A stretch of DNA of 64,000 nucleotides from Octopus vulgaris (lineage: Eukaryota): NCBI GenBank assembly GCA_951406725.2, contig OX597815.1:172360001-172424000 (forward strand), written 5' to 3'. This document shows positions 1 to 12,499 of this stretch, piece after piece. The position numbers and the translations under genes were made by a program. The notes beneath the pieces were generated by a model. The model saw only the letters and a program-made list of their open reading frames with translations, did no database searches and was not told the origin of the DNA. Numbering within the stretch: position 1 is the first letter of the stretch; each line of letters opens with the position of its first letter.

Positions 1-1223
1 TCCCTTTTGAATTCCATATGCCTAGCATTTGTGGACATGCTTACAAAATCAAAAAACAACACAGCACCCATGACTTTTTGAAACATTTTTTCACACCAGA
101 ATTGCTGACGCATGAAATAAACTACCTGCATCAGTTAGCTTTTGAAACACCACATCTTTGAAAACACCTATGCTTTCTAAAATTCACCAACAGTACACTT
201 GATGCCCCTTACCCCCATTTCTTATTATCATTCTTACTCTTTTCCTTCTTTTTGAAGACTTATTTACAGTTCACTTCCTGTGCATATTCTATGTACTGTT
301 CATGCAGTTTTTGGTTAGATATTTTTGATGAGTTGTAGTGCATCTGAGCACTGTACAATAAATTCATTATTATTATTATTATTTTAATAAAGTTTTTTTT
401 CCTTTTTCTCTTTCCCCATTCCTACCAATGTGTTAATTATAAATATCTTAGTTTCTTTAAAATTTTCTCATCATATGTACTCACTTCAATCTAGTCAATA
501 ATATTAATATTATTGGCTGTCAGTTAGAATTATACATGCCTGCCAATCAATATCTGTTTTCAACTCAAACAATAATCACAAAATTCTTGACAGAAGAGAT
601 TTAAATCAAAATTTTAAAGAAAATATTTTAATCTAAAATAATTTATATCAAATATATTGATGTATGGCTTAAAACATCTCTTGCTCTTCGTAAACTTTAC
701 TAAAAATATTTCCAGAAAATAATTTCCATTTTTATTAAGAAATATTATAACTTTATTGAAATAAAGAAAGTGAATAAAAATGAAAGCTATTAAATGCTTC
801 TTGCATGAGACAGTGGATGTATAATTATAGGATGAGAATGAATGATGGCATTGGTTTGGCAGTTTTGAACTTTGCTAGTGGAACAAAGATTAGCCAAATT
901 AATTATGGAGAGACATAGCTGCAGTTAACCAAAATGTTTGATTTTGGCAGAAAAAATTAATTAATACATAGCAAATATAAAGAAAGGCAAGCAATATTAC
1001 AAAACTCTCCAACACATTTCAATTTACATTGCACATATATTCATATTATAAATTAACTGATGTTCCTAGTTTGATTAGTCTGTATAAGTCAAGCCAACTA
1101 ATTTGTATAAACTATGCTAACTAACACCACAAATCTATCTACTTTATGCCAAATCACATCACTATATTCTTTAATCTCTACAAAGAAAATAAGATCAAAA
1201 TGGCAATGAGGAATTATAAAGTA

Positions 1224-2354
1224 CTAGCAAATCTACCCATCCACGATGGAGGCATAAAATGAGGGAGGGAAGTCATAACAGCAGTATTATTGAGAAATGT
1301 GTAAATGGACTTGATAGATTACTAGGTAGGGGTCTTAAAGAAATCACATTATTGTTGGTGTTACAGCATTCTATTGCAGCTATATGACATGTGTTTGCGA
1401 CTACTTGACATGTAATGATTATTTGCTCCTGAACTGAAATAGGCTCCAAGCCTCTGTATCATGAATGTGGACCACTCCTAACAAAAGCCAGAGCTTCCTT
1501 CAACCACTAGATAAAAAGTATTAAGAAAAAGATGTTATTTAGATATACTTTTATTTTAGTTGTTTACACTATTTTACGCTTGTTTATACTGTTATACATT
1601 CAAAGTTCACAAATTTCCTTATTTAAATTATGAACCATATTCCTTTCGATAATATCAATATGATTACAAAACTTCTTTGTAAATGATATTTTCTGTTTGG
1701 GTGACACTAATTTTCAAATTACTGGAGTCCATTGCTCTACTCATAGCGACATATAACTGGCCATGTGTAAACATCGGAGTGGATACAAATACACCTACAT
1801 AATCTAAAGTTTGGCCTTGTGCCTTGTTTGTTGTGAATGTGCAAGCAGAATCTTTAGGGTTGCAAAAAATCAAACTAAGACTTGCTTCTCACTGTTCTAT
1901 GTGAATAATGTCTGGATGTTCTTGTACCATGGGTTATTTTGATTAACAAAACTGAGATATAAACAACAGCTGCTTCAATTAGCTGTTTCGAATCCTGCTT
2001 GAGACTGACACATTTCAATAACCACTAAATAATCACACACACTATATACTTTTTCCATTTTATTTTTGCTATTAATTGTCCTTGTGACCCCCTTTATATC
2101 TGCGATGGGGCCACAAACTCTATGATGAAAATCTGGTGAATTTTTTATAAAAATGTGAAGGTAGTTTATCAATTAAAAAATTAATATCCACCAAATAATC
2201 ATACTTTCTGATTTTTTAATGCTAAAAACTTTCTTGATGACCGTCTTTGTAATCCCGAAAAATATTCTAGCCATTGGTCCAACCGTCTGGCCATGAAGAG
2301 GGAACAGACAAAGAGACGGACTGCCAGATAGACATAATGCCCATTATAGTAAGA
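1224..2354 (-). mobile_element. Helitron, internally deleted, carrying a Rep/Hel helicase C-terminal remnant
   Basis: On - strand starts TC (2354) and ends CCATC-gtg-GATGG hairpin (1237-1249) + gtagatttgCTAG (1224) followed by T. Contains the PIF1-like helicase motif. Confidence 0.75.
1664..1845 (-). pseudogene. PIF1-family (Helitron) helicase C-terminal fragment
   Basis: TNKAQGQTLDYVGV..PMFTHGQLYVAMSR ... TENIIYKEVL matches helicase motifs V/VI and the typical Helitron C-terminus; no upstream domains. Confidence 0.85.
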
Positions 2355-2682
2355 TAGCAAATCTGCCCGTCTATGATGGGAAATAAAGGGATAGTATCAC
2401 AAATCTAAACCCTCTAAATTCATAAACTATACAGGGACGGAGTTAATCTTTGTCACCGGAATTTTAGCAAAAAAGAAATCAAAGATGATTTATGAATACA
2501 AAACTCAATATCCACTAAATAATCATACTTTTTCACATTTTTTTTGCACTATAAACCTTCCTGATTACCACCTTTGTAATCCAGAAAAACATCATGACCA
2601 TTGGTCCAGCCATTTGACCATAAAGTGGGGAAAAGATAGACAGACATACATACAGACGGACATAACACCCATTATAGTTAGA
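2355..2682 (-). mobile_element. Short non-autonomous Helitron, head-to-tail with the previous copy
   Basis: Same termini as 1224-2354 (tagcaaatctgcccgtctatgatggg; cccattatagttaga); subterminal 2500-2680 resembles 2180-2354. Confidence 0.7.
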
Positions 2683-3342
2683 TGATATGGCAGTCATTTC
2701 TTATTTTATGAATTCTTAAAAAGGTCTTTCTCCTTATTTAGGTAGTGAGTTACTTTTGAAATAAAATGAAACAAATGAAATAAGTGAGGTTTTTCATACA
2801 GAAAATAAATTGCATACTGGAATACAGAAAGATAATGATAGCTTATGGACCTTGTTGGAATTATAAGGTTGCAGATGCATAATATATTCTCTAATTCACT
2901 GTTAATATATGCTAAAATTTGATGCTACACTTACTAAGTATAATGACAAGTGGTATTTTGCCTTGAATCGTGTGTAAAGGTTGGATGATCACAACTTGAC
3001 TGGATATAAAATAATTAGATTTTAGTTTCACACCCAATAATTTTGTAATGTACTAGAACAGTCACAGAGCCTCAAGGGAGTTATATTTTTAAGTAGTGCA
3101 TTAAATATCAACTACTGAGTGAAATTTAGAACCTTATCCTTCTCTCGTACAACACTATCAACTTCCCATTGTCCACAAAGAGAAATTCTAGATGATGAAG
3201 AAGAACCAAAACATAAAGCCAAATATGAATATCTATATATTTTTTGTACAAAACTACCTATACATATATATTTCTATATCTTACATTTCTAAAGAAAACT
3301 GGGTTAATTTAGAATATTGTGTCTGCAAACTATATGGAAGAT

Positions 3343-3745
3343 GAGTGGCTGTGTGGTAAGTAGCTTGCTTACCAACCACATGGTTCCTGGTTCAGTCCCA
3401 CTGTGTAGCACCTTGGGCAAGTGTCTTCTACTATAGCCTCAGGCCGACCAAAGCCTTGTGAGTGGATTTGGTAGACGGAAACTGAAAGAAGCCCATCGTA
3501 TATATGTATATATATATATATATATGTAAATATGTGTATATATGTTTGTGTGTCTGTGTTTGTCCCCCCAACATCACTTGACAACTGATGCTGGTGTGTT
3601 TACGTCCCTGTAACTTAGCGGTTCGGCAAAGAGACCGATAGAATAAGTACTAGTCTTACAAAGAATAAGTCCTGGGGTCGATTTGTTCGACTAAATGCAG
3701 TGCTCCAGCATGGCCACAGTCAAATGACTGAAACAAGTAAAAGTG
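3343..3745 (+). mobile_element. tRNA-derived CORE-type SINE (octopus OR/OK-like)
   Basis: tRNA-like head with A/B boxes (tggctgtgtggtaag; ggttcagtccc), ccttgggcaagtg core, internal (TA)n, 3' tail cagcatggccacagtcaaatgactgaaac. Many copies in the window. Confidence 0.85.
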
Positions 3746-3961
3746 TAAGTTAATATCAATCCTCTCATTCCTTTATTATAAACTTGAAACTTAAATTCTT
3801 AGCATTCTCTATTGCTTATCTGAGATGGTGAAGTAGATTTTGATTGAATTTTACATACACAAGTGGAACACATAACCATAACCTACCTTTTCCTTTTGTT
3901 GGCTCTCCTCTCACTTTGCTTATCTTCTTTCCTCTCTTCTTTGTCTCCCCCAAACTATCAT

Positions 3962-4000
3962 CTTGTATCTGATGAAGGGCTATGTCTGAAACATGATACA
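3962..4000 (+). ncRNA. Minimal hammerhead-like motif in a PLE terminal-repeat remnant
   Basis: CTGATGA-A-GGGC-TAT-GTCT-GAAAC-ATGA in pyrimidine-rich flanks; cleavage triplet and stem III degenerate. Confidence 0.55.
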
Positions 4001-4129
4001 TTTTTCCTTCTCTCAATATCAACCTAACAATATTAATTGCCTGGGACTTTTATCATGTTTTTTTCATTTTTTGTACTTGATTTGCTTAACGTAGTATACA
4101 CATACACACACACTCACTCACACATACAC

Positions 4130-4163
<34 letters not shown>

Positions 4164-4899
4164 ACATACATACACACACACACACACACACACTCACACA
4201 CACAACACACATACATACACACACACACACATATACATCATTAAAATGTTGTAAGAAATTTGTACACCTGCAAAATTATCCAAACATGCAAGTGATACAA
4301 AGCAAAAGTTTAAGACTCCACAAAGTCAGTTTCAGTTCGCACTTTATTATAGTATATGTGCATGAGAAAGCTAATATTCTATGTACTAAGAAAGAAATAT
4401 ATAGCTTTTGCTAATAAGAATGACATGGTCTTGTACTGAGCAATATATCAATGTTAAGAAGTAGAATGATTTATACATTGAGTTCTGTGTTATGGTGGCT
4501 CTCTACAGCTAGAGCAGATGCTGCACCACCATCAGCAGCTGACACAGTTTCTTCAGGTGCAGATCCATGGTCTCTCTCAAGACCAACAGATGTCTATAAG
4601 TATGTATTATGGTGCCCCGTGCACATTCGCTTATTGATATTTTTTTTACTGGTTTCCACCACTGATCTGTTGTCATGGTAGGCACTGCTTTTAAGAGTTT
4701 TTTAAGTCTCAATACTTATTTCAGGCTAGTACACATTTCATCAATCTTTATTTGATGAATTGCTACAGTTACATGACAAGAAGGAATATGACATAAATAA
4801 CAACACTAGTTTCGTTTTTTTTCTTTTTTGATCAACATAAACAATAAATATAGAAACAGTCACACACACTTTTGTGTGTGTGTGTGTGTGTATACATAC

Positions 4900-4953
<54 letters not shown>

Positions 4954-4992
4954 ATAATATCCATGCCTGTATATCTATAGATATGTGAATAT

Positions 4993-5026
<34 letters not shown>

Positions 5027-5129
5027 GTGTTCGACGTCCTTTTGGTGTCCTGTACACATATATGCGTGTATATGTACATGTAGAGGTAGGTACGTACATA
5101 TATGTTTATATATATGCATATATTTTATT

Positions 5130-5167
<38 letters not shown>

Positions 5168-5282
5168 CATATATATATATATATATAATTTTAATCCAAA
5201 CGGGAAACAAAAAAACAACAACAATGGAACAATTACAGTATTATTATTAATAGGCGCTCAGGAAATGGAAGCAGGGAGGTAT

Positions 5283-5309
5283 GACGTTTCGAGCGGAGCT
5301 CTTCGTCGG
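5283..5309 (-). ncRNA. Minimal (dimeric-type) hammerhead-like motif, U4C variant
   Basis: - strand CCGACGA-A-GAGC-TCC-GCTC-GAAAC-GTC; palindromic ACGT stem III; ~100 nt from the PLE 3' end. Confidence 0.65.
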
Positions 5310-8134
5310 AAACATAAAGAAGGAAGAGAGAGGAAAGAAAGATCCCGGAGCGGGCAACGGAGATAGAGAAAAAAACGACTGGTGTTAGGAGTAGCACATG
5401 GTGAAAGGCGGATGTTTACGATAACAAGAGCAAAGTGGGTTTTTAAAGGCAAAAGAGTGGAGACAAGGTTGGTAACGCAACAGATGTGTGTGTATGTGTG
5501 AGTGTGTGCGTGTGCGTGTGTGTATGTGTGTGTGTGAGGCGAGGTAAAAAAACAAAAAATATATGTATGTGTTAGTGTGTGCGTCTGTGTGTAGGCGTGT
5601 GAGGTAGGGCGAGACGGTGGTCAGCATAGCAGCAGCATAGCAGACAAAGGTCAGTAGTGAGAAAAGGGAGGAAGGGAGGGAGGGGAAGGGGTGGGGGCGT
5701 ATGTAGCGTGCCAGCGTGTGTTGAGTAGTAGTGTGTGTGTGTGTCCAGTGTCGTGGTAGTATTAGTGGCGAGTAGATTGAATGTGTGTAAGAGTAATGTA
5801 TATGTTTAAGCAATGTGTGTATATGTGTGCGCGTGTGTGTAACGAAAAAAAAAAAAAAAAAAGGGGGGGGTAGGAAAAAGACTCCAGCGGAGGGGAAGAT
5901 GGAAGAGTGGTCCCGCGGAGACGGGCGTGGGAAAACCCAACGACAAGCGACATCCCAGGAACGGGCGGGAGGTCTCGTCGGGTCCAAGGGCGAGGTGCAT
6001 GCGGCGCGCATGCGTGCGCGAACCGGCGCAAGTGCGTGTGTGCGCGCGCCTGCGAGTGTGCGCGTACGTATGTGTGTGTGTGGATGTGTGAGTGTGTCTG
6101 TGTGTATGTCTGGGTGGCAGTGTGTCCGATGAATGTATGTGAGTATGTGTGTATATATGTGTGTGCATAGATGTGTGTGTGTGTGTGTGTGTGTGTGTAT
6201 GAGTGTGTATGTATGTACGTGTGGGTGTGGGGAAGTGTGTGTATGTGCATGTGTGTGCGCGAACATACAGGTGTGTGAGTGAGTGCGTGTGTGTGTATGT
6301 ATGTGTGAGTGTGTATGTATGTGTGTGTAGGATGCATGTATGTGTATGGGTGTATGTATGCGTGTGTGTATGTATGTATGTGTACGTGCGTGTGTGTGTG
6401 TGTATGCGTGTAGGTGTGCGCGTGTGCATGCGTGCATGTATGTGCGTATGTGTGTGTGTGCATGTGTGTGGGTATATATGTGTGTGCGTATATGTGTGTG
6501 TATGTGCGTACATGTGTGTGTGTAGGTGTGTAGGCGTGTGTGTATAGGTGTATGTATGTAAGTGTGTATGGGTGTGTCCGTGTATGTGTGTATGTATGTG
6601 TGTGTATGTAGCTGTGTGGGCGTGTGTATATGTGTGTGTATGTAGGTGTGTGGGCGTGTGTATATAGGTGTATGTATGTATGTCTGGGTGTGTCCGTGCA
6701 TGTTTGTGTGTGTGTGTGTATGCATGTGTATGTAGGTGTGTGTGTACGTGTGTAATGTATGTGTGTATGCGTGCGTGTGTGTATGTAGGTGCGTGTGTAT
6801 GTGTGTGGGAGTGTAGGTGTGTGTGTGCGTGTGCGTGTTTATGTTGGTGTGTGCGTATGTGAGTGTGAGTGTATGGGTGTTTGTCATGCATGTGTGTGCG
6901 CGTGCAGGTGAGTGTGTGTGTAAGTATGTGTGTGTGTATGTTTGTGTGAGTGTGTATGTGTGTATGTCTGTGTGTATGTATGTGCGTATAGGAGTATGTA
7001 GGTATGTGTGTGTGTATGTATATGGGTGTATGTATATATGTGTGTGTGTGTGCATGTGTATAAGTATATGCGTGTGTGCGTATGTGTGTGTATGTGTATG
7101 TGTGTGTGTTTTTGTATGTGTGTATGTATGTGTGTAGGCGTGAGTGTGTAGATGTATGTATGTATGGGTGTGTGTCAGTGTGTGTGTGTGTGTGTGTGTG
7201 TAGGTAGATGTGTGTGTCTGAGTGAGGGTATCGCTGTGTAGGTGTGTGTGTGTATGAATGTAAGTGTGTGTGTATACAAGTGTAATGTATGTATGTAGGT
7301 GTGTGTGTGTGTGTATGTGTACGTGTGCGTGTGTATGTGTGTGTGTGTATGCGTGTGAGTGTGGGTGTATGGGTGTATGTCTGTGTGTGTGTATGTCTGA
7401 AGTGGGTATGTGTGTGTATGTATGTATGTGTGTGCGGGTATGTGTGTGTGTGTATGTGTGTGTGTGAGTAGGTGTGCGTGTATGTATGTGGGTAGGGATG
7501 CATGCGAGTGTGTGGGTATGTATGCAACCATACGCATGCGCACATCCGAAGCAAGCCCACACACACGAAGCGCGCTCACGCACACAGCGCACAAGCAGTG
7601 CAACGCAAGCCCAAAGGGGCCGACCGAGCCCCCAGCGCGCGCCAAGGCGCGCGAGCGCAAAGGCCCTCGAACGCCCGCTACGCGGGAACCGAGGATCCAT
7701 CAGCCAAAACCGGAAAGCAGAAAAGAGGGGGGGCTGCCTGGATGCAAAAAGGTGTATGTGTGTGTGCATTCAGTGTACGGGTGTGCATGTGTGGGTATGT
7801 ATGTATGTATGTGCCTACATGTATGTGTGCATGTGTGTGTGTGTGAAGTATGTACGTGCGGTGTGTGTGTGTGAGTGTGTGTGTATGTATGTGCGTATGT
7901 ATGTGTGTGTGTATGTGTGTATGTATGTATGTCTGTGTGTGTGTGTGTGTGTAAGTATGTATGCGTGTGTGTATGTATGTATGTGTGTGTGTAAGTGTGT
8001 GTGATTAAATGTGTGAATGTATGTACGCAGATGGGTCTACGTATGTGTGTGTGTGAACAGGCGTGTGGGAGGTAGGTGGGTGTGTGTGTGTGGGTGGTGT
8101 GTCCGGAAAAAAAAAAAAAAAAAAAAAAACGGTC

Positions 8135-9588
8135 TCAAGAGGAGGGGGCTGTGTTAAGTCCGTGTGGGGTGGTAGTTTGTAGGGTGAAGATGTAGCGTTG
8201 CTCCAAGTGGAGCCTGGAAAGTGGGCGACCATTGTGGGGGGCGAGACCAAACACTGAGATGTCATCTCGGGAATGGCCGGCCGAGCGGAAGTGGCGTGCG
8301 ACGGGAGAAAAAGAGTGTAGGCGAACGTCCCTCAAGTGTTCAGTGAAACGGTCGGACAACCGGCGTCCCGTCTGACCTACATACAGCATCCCGCATAGGT
8401 TGCATTTAATGCAGTAAATAAGGCCAGACGAGGTGCACGTAAAAGAGTGCCTAATGCGTACAGTATGCAGGTTGGAGCCGGTGACAGCGGTGGTGTTGGT
8501 GATGAAGGGGCAAGTGTTGCAGCGGGATCTAGAGCAAGGGAATGATCCGTGTGGGGCTGAGGGGGAAGGAGAGAGGGTGCTGTGGACCAGGAGGTCACGC
8601 AGATTGCGGGCTCGTTTGAAAGAGGACAGGGGTGGGTTAGGGAAAATGGGGCGGGTGGTGGGATCAAGCTGGAGGCGACGGAAGGCACGTAGTATCTTGC
8701 GACGAAGGGGTAGGGTAGAGGGGGGGAAAAGGAGGGGGAAGGGGGTGCGGTTGGGGGGTGGGCGGGGGGAAGGAGACAAGGCGGTAGTGCGGTCGATGCG
8801 ACGGGCGCGGGTGAGGGCATCAGAGAGGAGTGTGGGTGGGTACCCTCGGAGTCTGAACATGCGGGCCAGGTATTGAGATTGGGTCTCGAAATCCTGGTCG
8901 CGGCTGCACAAACGTCGGAGGCGGAGGAACTGGGAGTAGGGGATGGCTCGTTTGGTGTGGAAGGGGTGGGAGGAAGAGAAGTTGAGATAGAGGTGGGAAT
9001 CCGTAGGTTTAAAGAAGGCGGTGGTGGTGAGAGAGCTGGAGGGGTGATCGATGCGGAGAGAGATGTCAAGGAAGTTGACAGAGGTGTTGGAGATGGTGGA
9101 GGTGAATTGAAGAGAGGGGTGAAAGTTGGAAAGGAAAGAGATGAATTGGCCGAGAAGTTCACGGGAAAGGAGGTGGCACCTACGCAGTCGTCGATATAGC
9201 GACCGTATAGTTCGGGGGTCGGCCCAGAGAACTGGGAGAACACTTGGGCCTCAATGTAGCCAAGAAAGAGATTGGCGAAATTGGGGCCCATCCTAGTTCC
9301 CATCGCGACCCCGGACACCTGTTGGTATGTTTCCCCGGCGAACGTGAAGCAATTGAGGGTGAGGACGAGCTCAGCCAAACGGAGAAGGGTGGGGGTGCTG
9401 GGGGTGGGGTCGGGACGACGGTCGAGGAAGTGTTGGAGGGCTAGGAGGCCGTCATTGTGGGGAATCACTGTGTACAGGGATTTTACATCTAAGGTGAAGA
9501 GGAGGTGTGAGGGGCTGGAAGGGAAGGAAAAGGAATTGAAGAGACGGAGGGCGTGGTTGGTGTCGTGTATGTGGGATGGGAGGGCTGC

Positions 9589-9591
<3 letters not shown>
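8135..9591 (-). pseudogene. PLE reverse transcriptase + GIY-YIG endonuclease (5'-truncated, one frameshift near 9165)
   Basis: LDVKSLYTVIP, YQQVSGVAMGTRMGPNFANLF and RYIDD RT motifs; CSRSRCNTC Zn-finger linker; GLIYCIKC..CGMLYVGQTGRRLSDRFTEH..EQRYIFTLQT.PHGLN endonuclease. Confidence 0.92.
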
Positions 9592-9632
<41 letters not shown>

Positions 9633-9690
9633 CATTTCCTACAATAACTGGAAGCTGGTCAGGGGAAATTTGTAATGAACACCCCTTTGT

Positions 9691-9756
9691 ATAGAGTCTG
9701 ATGAGCTGTCCACAATACTGCAGCTTTCATGGATGTCAAACCTTTGGTCACTCTAT
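9691..9756 (+). ncRNA. Degenerate type I hammerhead fold
   Basis: Perfect 7-bp stem I ATAGAGT/ACTCTAT, CTGATGA, stem II TGTCCA/TGGATG, C-AAAC (G12 missing), stem III ACC-TTT-GGT, GTC triplet. Confidence 0.55.
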
Positions 9757-10027
9757 GACCAGACTTTAACTTTAGTGATTTAATGTATATATATATGTGT
9801 TAACATCGAAGTTGAAGGTTTTGTAACTAGCTGGGGCAGCAATTGAATATAACCTGAAGAAATACAACTCGATCCCATTATACAGGTAAACTGTTGCATA
9901 ATCAAATTCCTGTATATATGAAGAACTATGTTGTATGCAAACATGTAATGATTAAAAAATAACTGTCCAACCGTACTCCGTACTCCTTCTCATTGACTCT
10001 ATCTTATTCAATTATATATATATATAT

Positions 10028-10802
10028 CATCATCATCATCATCATCGTTTAACGTCCGTTTTCCGCGCTAGCACGGGTTGGACGGTTTCGACCGGGGTCT
10101 GGGGAGCTAGGGACTGCCCCAGGCTCCAGTCTAGTCTGGCAGTGTTTCTACAGCTGGATGCCCTTCCTAATGCCAACCACTCCGCGAGTGTAGTGGGTGT
10201 TTTTTACGTGCCACCTGCACAGGTGCCAGAGGGGTCTGGCATCGGCCACGTTCGGATGGTGCTTTTTATGTGGGGGGGTGCAGAAATATAGGGGAGCACC
10301 AGTGGGGAGGGGTGGTTCAGAGAAATGATGACAGGTTCTAGGCAAGTAGAACGTAGGATATCAAGAGAGGGGTAATGCATGGTGAAATAGCATATTGAAG
10401 AGGGGTTCAAGAGTAGACACCTATAATGGTGGTGGGAGAAGCGACATCCGGTATAGATGGAGCAAAAATATAGAGATATCCGGTATTGGTGGTGGGGGTG
10501 GGCAGGGCGGGTGCACCGCGAATACACGATGTTTGATTATAGTTGAGAGGAGAAATGGATAAATTAGTTAAAATAATTAGATAGATAGAGAAATTAGATA
10601 AAAATAGTTAGATAGATAAGAAAGCATGTATGATCGATCGAGAAGTGAAAATAAATAAGCATTCAAACTTATCTGCGCTCGGGTGCTAGATGAATGAATG
10701 AGAGAGCAAATGTTGGGGGCTGCCTTTTTTAAGTAAAAATTGTCCGGAAGAGGAATTTTTAGACAAGGCGGAAGTGTATTAAAGGAACAGGCTTCAAGAT
10801 GG

Positions 10803-10804
<2 letters not shown>
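10028..10804 (-). mobile_element. Non-autonomous retroposon with RTE-type 3' tail and (GAT)n end
   Basis: ggaagggcatccagctgtagaa...cggacgttaaacgatgatgat tail shared with other copies; bounded by (TA)n on both sides; no ORF. Confidence 0.6.
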
Positions 10805-10836
<32 letters not shown>

Positions 10837-10971
10837 GAATAAGATAGAGTCAATGAGAAGGAATATACGTACGTACGTACATACATACATACATACATAC
10901 ATACATACATACATACATACATACATACATACATGCATGCATGCATGCATACATACATACATACATACATA

Positions 10972-12208
10972 CAGGGTGCAGTAAATAAATTGTGGTCTAA
11001 ATTAAGCAAAAATGAAAATAACACTGACATCTCATTTTAACAGATATATTTACCAAGATTACATAATAAAATTGCCATTGGCTTCAACCACAGGCTCCAG
11101 ACGACTTCAGAATCTTCTGTAACTCTTCTGGACAGACTCTTTGTTTAAGTTGGTGAATACTGCCACAATACTTGCCTTCAGTTCATCTTTGGTGTTACAA
11201 GGAGTTTTGTTGGTCTCTCTCTCTCTCTCTCAACTGTGCCCTACGCATAAAGATCAAGGGGATTGCAGTTTGGGGAGTGAAGCAGCCAGATGTTAGGGGT
11301 GATGTGGTCTCAGAAATTGTCAAACAGCCATGAATGGGTTCTGCTGCTTGTGTGGCATGGTGCAGAGTCCTGTTGCCAGACACAGGGTCTTCCAGTAGCC
11401 ACCCTCTTGACCCAGGGCAACACTATCTCCTCCATGCACTTGATGTAGGCCTCCATGTTGAGCCTGAGGCTATGTGGGAAGATATATGGAGGCATAATGA
11501 TCACTCCAAATACCATGATGTTGACTAGATGTTTGATTTCTATCTCTCTCAGTACATGTTTTGCGGACATGGCAAGCAAACAGTTCTTCTGTGTGTTCAC
11601 CATCTGATCCTGGCCGAAATATTTCTCGTCTGAGAAAAACCAAAGCATATCGGTTGGACAGGATGCTAGAGTTTGTTCATTTCTCTTGTCGTCGGTGGCT
11701 TGGGATAAAAATTGGCCCTTTCTCATCTTGTATGAGGAATACTGAATGTCTTCATGCACTATCTGCCTGATGAGAAACTCAGACATCCCCATGTCCTTGG
11801 TGATGGACTAGATTGGCTTGGAGGGATCGTTGTCAATCATGGCCTGGATCTCACCAACAAATTCAGGAGTTCTTTTCTTATCAGGATGATCAGAGTAAGT
11901 TTCCCAAGCTACTGTACCTTCATAATCACCATTAGACTCATCCAACTCTTTCCGAATCTTCTACACTGACCTCAGATTGGCATGCAAGCCCTCTGAAATA
12001 TTCGTATTGGAGCTTCTGGCATGAATGCCAAACAGTACAGCATGTTGTTTCCAAATTTCTAGCAAAGTGAATTGTGTTATGGTGCTGTTTTTCTCACAGA
12101 TGGTGCCCAACTGACCCTAATATACTGTGTTGTCATCAAAATCAAAAACAAACAATGCACGTGCCCGAAATTAAAAATATAAAAGTGTGACAATTTACCC
12201 ATCACACC

Positions 12209-12211
<3 letters not shown>
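10972..12211 (-). mobile_element. Tc1/mariner-superfamily transposon (maT/DD37D-like), decayed
   Basis: TIRs CAGGGTG...AAATTGT at both ends with TA flanks; transposase remnants FFSDEK and VWQQDSAPCHTS. Confidence 0.85.
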
Positions 12212-12262
<51 letters not shown>

Positions 12263-12305
12263 ATGTATACACTTGTATGTAAATGTGTATGTATATATAC
12301 ATGTA

Positions 12306-12338
<33 letters not shown>

Positions 12339-12404
12339 CCTTAAATCCTTAAATCCTTAAAAATGTTTTAGCCCGAAGGCCGCAGCCATGCTGGGGCACC
12401 ACTG

Positions 12405-12452
<48 letters not shown>

Positions 12453-12499
12453 CATATATATATATTTGTGTGTGTGTGCATACAGGTGAATTAAATGCA

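Larger units (their letters stand above)
5188..9591 (-). mobile_element. Penelope-like retroelement (Neptune-type), 5'-truncated, with ~2.9 kb microsatellite-rich 3' region
   Basis: RT + GIY-YIG ORF, poly-T after stop, hammerhead-like motif near the 3' end, (TA)n on both sides. The left boundary is inferred. Confidence 0.8.

Noticed and set aside
3343-3420. tRNA-like sequences
   Set aside because: SINE heads without a full cloverleaf, not tRNA genes.
5385-8004. Long ORFs (794, 586 aa etc.) rich in H/T/Y or V/C/M
   Set aside because: Translations of (CA)n/(TG)n/(TA)n microsatellite, which lacks stop codons.
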